A stretch of 64,000 nt of DNA from a virus. Each line of letters begins with the position of its first letter. Positions within the stretch are counted from its first letter, which is position 1. Shown piece after piece: positions 57,872 to 64,000 of this stretch. The position numbers and the translations under genes are program-made. Below the pieces are notes generated by a model, which ran no database searches, had not been told where the DNA came from, and saw only the letters and a program-made list of their open reading frames with translations. The stretch lies in the IMG/VR virus record IMGVR_UViG_3300044818_000015, positions 26,045 through 90,044 of that record; one strand, 5' to 3'.

Positions 57872-58489
57872 TTAGACCTTGGCGTACTTGTATCCGAAAG
57901 CGTCCCCCGCTTCCGTCGAGTACTCGCCGGTCTTGTCGTTCCGAACCAGGTAGTAGCCGGGACACACAGCAATGCCTTCGAGGTCGCCGCGGTCGGGATC
58001 GCTCTGCGCGTCCGTTTTCGCGCTACTGGTGGGCGCACTCGACTCCTGGGCCGTAGACGCAGCAGCCTTGGCATCTTCAATTGCCTCCAATTCCGTGGCG
58101 GAGCGGCTGTAGCCCTCTGCCGCCGCCATCTCCGCTTCCGCCTGATTCTGCGCAATCACGTTGGGCGCATTCACCTTGACGAACGTTTGCGGGTACTCGG
58201 ACGGAACTGGGGGAGGTGGAGGGGCAACCAGCTTACCGGAAACGGGATCGACCGTATGTCCCGCCAACGCCGGGTCTGGGGGAGGCTCCGGGGGAGGAAC
58301 CCAGCCATGGTCGCTCATGAGGGCGCCGCAAGTCTTGCAGGGCCTGGAGCCATCCACGTCATCCCGGTGGTAGGCTTTCACGATGCGGCCGTCGCCGTTC
58401 GCGAGTAGGGGCTTATCCCCTGGCATGTCGCCGAGGCGGCGCCACAGTGCGGCGGTATAGGTGTCTGCGATTCGTCGGTACTGAGCCAT
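57872..58489 (-). CDS. hypothetical protein
   Basis: CKTCG..M.DHGW and VCPGYYLV...GEY motifs separated by a Pro-rich insert; AAGGAG SD. Confidence 0.7.
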   Translation of the reverse strand: MAQYRRIADTYTAALWRRLGDMPGDKPLLANGDGRIVKAYHRDDVDGSRPCKTCGALMSDHGWVPPPEPPPDPALAGHTVDPVSGKLVAPPPPPVPSEYPQTFVKVNAPNVIAQNQAEAEMAAAEGYSRSATELEAIEDAKAAASTAQESSAPTSSAKTDAQSDPDRGDLEGIAVCPGYYLVRNDKTGEYSTEAGDAFGYKYAKV

Positions 58490-58560
58490 TGGGCTGATTC
58501 TCCTTGGTTGAATGGTGTCACATCTACTGCGCGGCGGACAGCGGCGGGGCTACCGCGCAC

Positions 58561-58716
58561 CTAGCCCTGTGCCATCGAAGACAATGAGCACAGCTTGGAC
58601 GGATCCGTCCCCGCGCCCATGCCGGGATACATTCGCGGCGTTTTCGTGCGCGGTTTCTTTCCCGCCGGCGCGGGGGTCATGGGCAGCTTGAGCTGCGGGG
58701 CGGCAACGTGTTTCAT
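58561..58716 (-). CDS. small basic hypothetical protein
   Basis: MKHVAAPQLK start, GGAGG upstream. Confidence 0.5.
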   Translation of the reverse strand: MKHVAAPQLKLPMTPAPAGKKPRTKTPRMYPGMGAGTDPSKLCSLSSMAQG

Positions 58717-58718
58717 TG

Positions 58719-59270
58719 TTAGAGTTTTCCTCCGTGGGTGATCGCGGAATTGCAGTCCATTCTTGAGTCTCTGATCTTGCGAATCGCTACGGTGCGGTCC
58801 GGACCAGGTGGGACGTCGGCCACGATGATTTTCACCGCGTCGGCCAGTGCCCGGCGGACGCGGGATCCGGCTTCGACCTGTGCGGGCGTCCACTTGTGAT
58901 ACTCGAAGGCGTCGTCGATGGCGGCCTCGACTTCGGGCGTCAGTTCGGTGGCGCGGGTGAAATCGATCCGGATGGGGGCGGCGCGTTGTACTTCGGGCGC
59001 CTTTTCGATCATGAGCGGCTCTTGCGCGAGCGGATCGCAGTGGACTTCCGGCTCGTTGGCGGCTGCTTCTTTGGCGGCGCGGGCGTCCATCCAGTTCTTC
59101 AGGACGATCACCGCCGGCCGTAGATAGAGATCCCAGAGCGTCTCGGGCGAGAATTCCTGAAAGTCTTTCAGTGAGATCGACATCTCGACGTGAGACTGGG
59201 ACTCCGGGTCGGTAGGATCCGGGTGAAAGGCAAGGACTAGGAGGCCGGATGCGGTGACTGCTTCAAGCAT
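58719..59270 (-). CDS. Acb2/Tad1-like hairpin domain with N-terminal coat-like segment
   Basis: IDDAFEYH...Q....VR.....AVK.I...VP.GPDRTVAIRKIRDSRMDCNSAI resembles the nucleotide-sponge hairpin family; LYLRPAVIVLKN ~ coat RYLESASVALAN. Confidence 0.6.
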   Translation of the reverse strand: MLEAVTASGLLVLAFHPDPTDPESQSHVEMSISLKDFQEFSPETLWDLYLRPAVIVLKNWMDARAAKEAAANEPEVHCDPLAQEPLMIEKAPEVQRAAPIRIDFTRATELTPEVEAAIDDAFEYHKWTPAQVEAGSRVRRALADAVKIIVADVPPGPDRTVAIRKIRDSRMDCNSAITHGGKL

Positions 59271-59371
59271 AAGTTCGGATTCTTCCTTTTAGGGGGTGTT
59301 ACAGCATCAACCGGTCTCGGGCGATGCGTCCTGGGGCTTCCTACGCAGCCCTTTTCAGGCTTCTAAGCTGA

Positions 59372-59635
59372 TCAGCGGCGTCCCTGCCCCTGAAGCGCCC
59401 GGTCCAGGCGATCCAACGACTTTCGGATCGCGCGTACCGCCGCGGCGTCGTCCTCGCAGTGAACGACGTCAATGCCGGCCTGCCGCGTCATCCGGTATGC
59501 CGCGGTCAGCGCTTTCCGCGCCGGCACTGTGACGGGCTCCGCTTCTTTCACGCCGAGCGCGCGCTCGAGGTCCTCGATGATGCGCCTGAAATCCTCGCGG
59601 GCAATCGCTAGCCGGTCGGCCTGTTCGCCGGTCAT
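59372..59635 (-). CDS. hypothetical helical protein
   Basis: ATGA coupling with TerL stop. Confidence 0.65.
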   Translation of the reverse strand: MTGEQADRLAIAREDFRRIIEDLERALGVKEAEPVTVPARKALTAAYRMTRQAGIDVVHCEDDAAAVRAIRKSLDRLDRALQGQGRR

Positions 59636-61173
59636 CGCATCCATCCACCGGAACCGTAGCGGCTGAGGCCTGCAAACTCTTCGTCCTCGTCGCGATCTTC
59701 CTTCTCGGCCGGCGCTACCCGTTGCGCAAACGTAAGGCAGAGGGCGTCCCCGTCGTCCGGACTCGCGATCCCGCGTCTTTGCATGTCGGCCTTCGATTCG
59801 AGCACCAGCTTGTTGCTCCGGTTGATGGCGTAACCTGGTCCCGCCAGATCCATCGCCATCTTCTCGTCCAACTCGATCGCACCGTGCAGCAGCCAGTCTT
59901 TGCACTGGCTCCACATGTAGGCCCGCATGTTGGACATGTTCCGGTCCGACGTGTGCGTCAATCCAAAGTTGGTCTCGTGAACGTTATTGAACCCGAGCGC
60001 CCGCAGCCGTTCGTAGATGGCCGCGCCGAAGGCCATGTCGATGAACATGGCTGCGACCCGGCGCCCCGGCCGCGCATCGCGCAACACTTCGGCCAGAACG
60101 CCGACCAGCACGCTGCGATCGCGCGTCTGTTCGCCGGGAATCCGGATCCGCGGAATCGAGCGGGCATCGAGGCCTCGCCGGAAAGCGCACACATTCCAGG
60201 CGGCGCCACCGCCCGATACGTCCACGCCGCAGATGAGCGGATCGTCCGGCAGGCTTTGTGCGGCCCGCCGCTGCGCGTCGAGGATGCGCGCGCGGTCGAT
60301 GAACTGGAGCTCGTCGGCTGAGGGCGGCAGGCCCATCACTCGTACGCGGAAAAAGTCCGAATTCTCGCCGTATAGCTCGGCCCAGTCGGCAATCTCTACC
60401 TTGTTCGGCAGGGCGCAGGTTCGAGAGTCGATCGACTTATGGACCCAGCGGCCCATCTCGCTGCCAAAACAAACGCGGTAGAACTTGCCGGTGTTTCTGG
60501 TGGCGTTCCCATATAGAAAGGCCATTGCTTCCCCGTCCGTAAGTCCGCCTTCAGCCACCTCAAAGATCTTGTCGGGTACCGCGCTCGCCTCGTCGAAGAC
60601 GTAGAAGCTCGAGGACGTCGCCGCGTGCTGGCCGGCGAAGGCCTCTGAGTTTTCCTCCTTGCAGGTTGCCGGCGCGCAGAACCAGGATTCCTTGGCGTCC
60701 CGGTGATAGAGGCGTGCCGTCGTGCAGATGAACCACGGCGCCGTGAGGCAGAGCTTGTGCCACTTCTGAATCGCCGCCCAGGTTTTGGTCTCCAACTGGA
60801 TGAACGTGTTGGCTGTGACCGTGCCTTGCGCGTCAGGGCGCGTCGACATCACCCACAGGACCACGAACGCGGTCAGCGTGCTCTTGCCAATGCCGTGTCC
60901 GGATGCGATCGCCCGCCGGATTGGAGCTACGGGGGTAATCCCGTTGAATCCGCGGTCGCGCACCTGCTGCCCGATCTCATCGAGTTCCCTGCGCTGCCAT
61001 TCATCGGGGCCGGTAAAGGCTTCGAGCGGGGTTCCCGGCTCGCCCCATGGGAAGCATTCGAGGACGAACAGAAGCGGATCGTCGACATAATCCGCCATCA
61101 TATCGAGCAGCTCGTAGTCGAGTGTTGCTGCTGCGGCCGGATCGTGGTTATTTGGCTGCTGCTGCGGCTGCAT
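59632..61173 (-). CDS. terL: terminase large subunit
   Basis: Walker A SGHGIGKS, Walker B VFDEAS, nuclease GVDV and SPDDGDA. Confidence 0.92.
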   Translation of the reverse strand: MQPQQQPNNHDPAAAATLDYELLDMMADYVDDPLLFVLECFPWGEPGTPLEAFTGPDEWQRRELDEIGQQVRDRGFNGITPVAPIRRAIASGHGIGKSTLTAFVVLWVMSTRPDAQGTVTANTFIQLETKTWAAIQKWHKLCLTAPWFICTTARLYHRDAKESWFCAPATCKEENSEAFAGQHAATSSSFYVFDEASAVPDKIFEVAEGGLTDGEAMAFLYGNATRNTGKFYRVCFGSEMGRWVHKSIDSRTCALPNKVEIADWAELYGENSDFFRVRVMGLPPSADELQFIDRARILDAQRRAAQSLPDDPLICGVDVSGGGAAWNVCAFRRGLDARSIPRIRIPGEQTRDRSVLVGVLAEVLRDARPGRRVAAMFIDMAFGAAIYERLRALGFNNVHETNFGLTHTSDRNMSNMRAYMWSQCKDWLLHGAIELDEKMAMDLAGPGYAINRSNKLVLESKADMQRRGIASPDDGDALCLTFAQRVAPAEKEDRDEDEEFAGLSRYGSGGWMR

Positions 61174-61717
61174 CTCGTCTCAGCTTTTCCGCGGCCACGC
61201 GGTCGCGCCCGGCATGGATACGCTGCCGGATCACGCCGATGCCGATAGTGCCCGATACGTCCACCTTGGTGGCCACCTGGCCCAGCTCCACGGCTACCTG
61301 CTTTTCGATATTCAGCATGGCGTCCAGCATTCCGTCGTCGACGCGATACTCGGGCACCTTCGAAGAGCCCAGGCCTTCGCCCATCGACTGCATCTTGTAA
61401 GTCACACAGATAAGTCCGGTATCCCCGCCCGGCGTGCCTGCCATCTCGGGATCGGCGGCCCGTTGCAGGATCACCGACCGCAGCCGCTTATAGCGGTCGT
61501 TCTGGTTGCGGAGGCGGTAGTCCTGGTCCGCGACACCTTCGCCGCGGGCCTTCGCGCGCCATAGGCCACGCAGCCGCTTTACCTCTTCCAGGAACTCGTG
61601 GTCCTTCTTCCAGTTGGCAATCGTCCGCTCGCTCATGCCCGACGCCTTGGCGATCTCGGCAACGGTCAGCTTGCCCTTGGCGACCGCAGCCGCCGCGGTG
61701 AGCTGCTGGGGAGTCAG
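61148..61717 (-). CDS. terS: terminase small subunit (HTH)
   Basis: LTPQQ...LTVAEIAKASGMSERTIANWKK HTH; EKQVAVELGQ; start extended to CTG 61717 because the HTH begins upstream of ATG 61636. Confidence 0.7.
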   Translation of the reverse strand: MTPQQLTAAAAVAKGKLTVAEIAKASGMSERTIANWKKDHEFLEEVKRLRGLWRAKARGEGVADQDYRLRNQNDRYKRLRSVILQRAADPEMAGTPGGDTGLICVTYKMQSMGEGLGSSKVPEYRVDDGMLDAMLNIEKQVAVELGQVATKVDVSGTIGIGVIRQRIHAGRDRVAAEKLRRDAAAAAAK

Positions 61718-61932
61718 AGTTTCGCGGACTTCGCCGCGGGCTTCATTGGGTGAGTTGCTGCTTGCACGGCCTCGGCCGCGTGGATCCGTTCCGGTAACTG
61801 GGTTACGGCGTCGAGCACGATATCCGATGCCTCCAACTCCGCAGGCGTGAAGTACTTCAAGCCGTACAGACGGATCAGGGCGTGCAGCCCCGCGCTCGCC
61901 TGGGTGATGGCAAATTGCTGCCAGAAGTTCAT
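61714..61932 (-). CDS. hypothetical protein
   Basis: ATGA coupling to upstream gene. Confidence 0.65.
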   Translation of the reverse strand: MNFWQQFAITQASAGLHALIRLYGLKYFTPAELEASDIVLDAVTQLPERIHAAEAVQAATHPMKPAAKSAKL

Positions 61933-62861
61933 GAGACTCCCTCTGCTTTCGACTTGTCGACCTTGGCGTCGAGCGCCGCCGTGACGGCAGTGACGCTTTT
62001 CGCCGCGTCCTCGCGCATGTCGATAACTTTCTGAGTGAGGCTGTTGGCGTGTTCGATGGCCATAGCTGAGGAAGCCGATCCTTGAGCCACCGCTTCGAGA
62101 ACTGACTTGGTGTTGGCTTCGGAGTGGGACATCGCGATGGCGGTCGCTCTGGTAGTGGCGCTCACGGCGTCCTTGACGCTCTCGCCGATGTTCACGAGCT
62201 TCTGGTTGAAGTTATTCGAGATTCTGATCGCCTGGCTGGACTCCTTTGTGCCGGCGTCGACGGCCGCCAGCACGGCATCCTTGCTCGCGGCGTTTACCCT
62301 TGCCACCTCTGCCAGGGCTGTCAGGGCGTCGGCGTGCTTCCTGTCGGCGTCCTCCCGGGCCCATAGGCGATCCCGCGCGTCGGTGGTTGCCTTGAACTCG
62401 TTGGCTCGTTTGTCGGTGTACGCTTTGAAGGCAAAGGTCATTAGTGTGGTGAAGATTCCACCAATGGTCACCACCGTCAGGGTGGTACCGCGGCTCGCGG
62501 CATCGCCGTCCCTGGTCGCGCTCACCGCCGCTACGGCCGCGGCGATCGCGGCGGCTTGCCGTGCGGATTCCGCAGCGGTAGTTCTCGCGGCTTCCTGGGC
62601 GCTGCCCATGGTGTCCTCTCGCGCGGCCCGGGCTGCGGACTGCGCGCTGGTTTCCGAGGTGGCAGTGGTCAACTTGGCGATAGAAGCAGTCAACCTGGCG
62701 ACAGAAGCGGCTAGGGCGGCTCTCTCCTTGGCGGCCTGCGCTAACTCCGTCTCCGTTGCGGCCAGCCGTGTGGTCAGCTCCTTTTCGGTCCTCGACTGCG
62801 CGCCAAGGGGAAGTTGCAGCGTTCCGAGCAGCGCGGCGATGATGATCGTGAGGGGTTTCAA
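61929..62861 (-). CDS. signal peptide + coiled coil + TM protein, possible lysis/envelope function
   Basis: MKPLTIIIAALLGTLQLPLGAQ; TM segment TLTVVTIGGIFTTLMTFAF. Confidence 0.65.
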   Translation of the reverse strand: MKPLTIIIAALLGTLQLPLGAQSRTEKELTTRLAATETELAQAAKERAALAASVARLTASIAKLTTATSETSAQSAARAAREDTMGSAQEAARTTAAESARQAAAIAAAVAAVSATRDGDAASRGTTLTVVTIGGIFTTLMTFAFKAYTDKRANEFKATTDARDRLWAREDADRKHADALTALAEVARVNAASKDAVLAAVDAGTKESSQAIRISNNFNQKLVNIGESVKDAVSATTRATAIAMSHSEANTKSVLEAVAQGSASSAMAIEHANSLTQKVIDMREDAAKSVTAVTAALDAKVDKSKAEGVS

Positions 62862-62955
62862 TGAATCCTTTGAGAAGTTGTGGCATACTTCCTCGCGGAG
62901 CGGTATGCCGGCGCCTTGCGTCGGGCGGATTTGGGAACCGGCGCCCGTTCAAGCT

Positions 62956-63138
62956 CTAAAAGAGGACTTTGCCGAGCGCGCGCGCGGTCCGCACATGGTG
63001 CAGCACGGGGAAGAATGCGACGATGGCGGCACACTTCACCGTCTTCACCGGATGGCGTACCGGATACGTGGCGACTTTCAGGATGCCGGCATTGGCCAGC
63101 GCGGTACTGAATACGGCGAGTAAGATCGTTCGTTTCAT
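62956..63138 (-). CDS. small hydrophobic/basic protein
   Basis: MKRTILLAVFSTALANAG; AGGAG SD. Confidence 0.55.
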   Translation of the reverse strand: MKRTILLAVFSTALANAGILKVATYPVRHPVKTVKCAAIVAFFPVLHHVRTARALGKVLF

Positions 63139-63149
63139 GATGGAGACTC

Positions 63150-63377
63150 CTAGAGATGGGAAGCAGCGGCCGTAGCGCGGGCGCGAAGGTCCGCCGCTTT
63201 CTTTCTGTCGTTGCCGGTGCAGGCGGCCTCGGTGAGCACCTTGAGCCGGAACTCCTCGAGAGTATGGCTTTCCTTGGCCAGCAGCAGGAATATCTCGACC
63301 GGCAGCGTGAACTCGGCAAGACAGTTGGTCTTGCAGGTGAAGGCGACCACGGGCGAGCCGTTTACCATGCGGATCAA
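63150..63377 (-). CDS. hypothetical protein
   Basis: Fits operon packing; start uncertain. Confidence 0.5.
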   Translation of the reverse strand: MIRMVNGSPVVAFTCKTNCLAEFTLPVEIFLLLAKESHTLEEFRLKVLTEAACTGNDRKKAADLRARATAAASHL

Positions 63378-63408
63378 GCTGCGTCACCGGTCAATATGCA
63401 GCTTCCCG

Positions 63409-63627
63409 TCATGTGCGCGGTACCCTTGCCTTCCGCGCACCTTCCGCCTGGAATACCGGCTCCGGCGGAATGGCCGGGTCCGTTTCGTCTTCATCGCAGT
63501 CGTCGCCCATGATCGAGAAACCCACGGCGTCCGCCAGCGGCGTGCGGTGCGATGGCGAGATCGCGCGCATGCCGCCGGTGAACCCGAGTTGGCGGACGTA
63601 AGCCCGGCCGTGGGAATCGTAGACCAT
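63409..63627 (-). CDS. hypothetical protein
   Basis: Fits operon packing. Confidence 0.5.
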   Translation of the reverse strand: MVYDSHGRAYVRQLGFTGGMRAISPSHRTPLADAVGFSIMGDDCDEDETDPAIPPEPVFQAEGARKARVPRT

Positions 63628-63632
63628 GGGGA

Positions 63633-63986
63633 TTAGACCGCGGCGGGCGTGTTGTCGGTAACGGCCTTCGAAATACGGTCCGCGTTGGCCGTCATAGCTA
63701 CGGCGGAATCGTCGATAGCCTTCTGGGCGGCGGCGATGGCGGCGGGATCGTTGTTCGCCAGGGCTTCGGCGAGCTGCTTGGCAAGGGCGGCCTGGTTGTC
63801 GGCCAGGGTCTTGACCAGGACCAGGATCGAATCGTCCACGCTGGTTTCGCGGGCTACCGCAGAGGTCAGGGCGTCAAGGTTCAGCATTTCTTTTGTCTCC
63901 ATGGCGGTCACCGCGTCGAGTTTCTGCTCAATGCGGGCTAGTGCGGCTGTGTGGTTAAGGATCTGGCTGGATACCAGGGCCTCCAA
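63633..63986 (-). CDS. Ala-rich coiled-coil phage protein
   Basis: LDALTSAVARETSVDDSI...DPAAI...AV..NTP; start uncertain near the window edge. Confidence 0.65.
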   Translation of the reverse strand: MEALVSSQILNHTAALARIEQKLDAVTAMETKEMLNLDALTSAVARETSVDDSILVLVKTLADNQAALAKQLAEALANNDPAAIAAAQKAIDDSAVAMTANADRISKAVTDNTPAAV

Positions 63987-64000
63987 AGCGGGCGAGAGAT

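Overview
The whole window is one GC-rich tailed-phage (or prophage) genome segment with P22-like podovirus architecture. The minus strand carries, right to left: TerS, TerL, a cluster of small accessory genes, portal, tail/decoration proteins, scaffold, HK97-fold coat, two gp4-like adaptors, a gp10-like hub, a gp14-like GNAT, ejection proteins and a 6541-aa polyvalent (DarB-like) protein. The left arm has recombination genes, a compact divergent operator switch and plus-strand accessory genes. A TIGR03437-like gene and AxA|Q signal peptides suggest an Acidobacteriota (Bryobacteraceae/Solibacter-like) host (inference). No integrase, endolysin, tRNA, rRNA or CRISPR array was recognised. Most unusual features: (1) about 8 accessory virion-type proteins carry Sec signal peptides, several with paired cysteines; (2) four small genes encode fragments of the phage's own coat protein, two with Tat-like RR leaders and one fused to an Acb2/Tad1-like hairpin; (3) a GIY-YIG nuclease fused to 17 gap-free 16-aa repeats; (4) the giant protein is punctuated by eight P-x-[YF]-[SA]-R motifs, hides three +1-frame nested genes and an antisense promoter with structured RNA behind its nuclease domain. 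All family calls are by motif recognition by eye; no database search was run.
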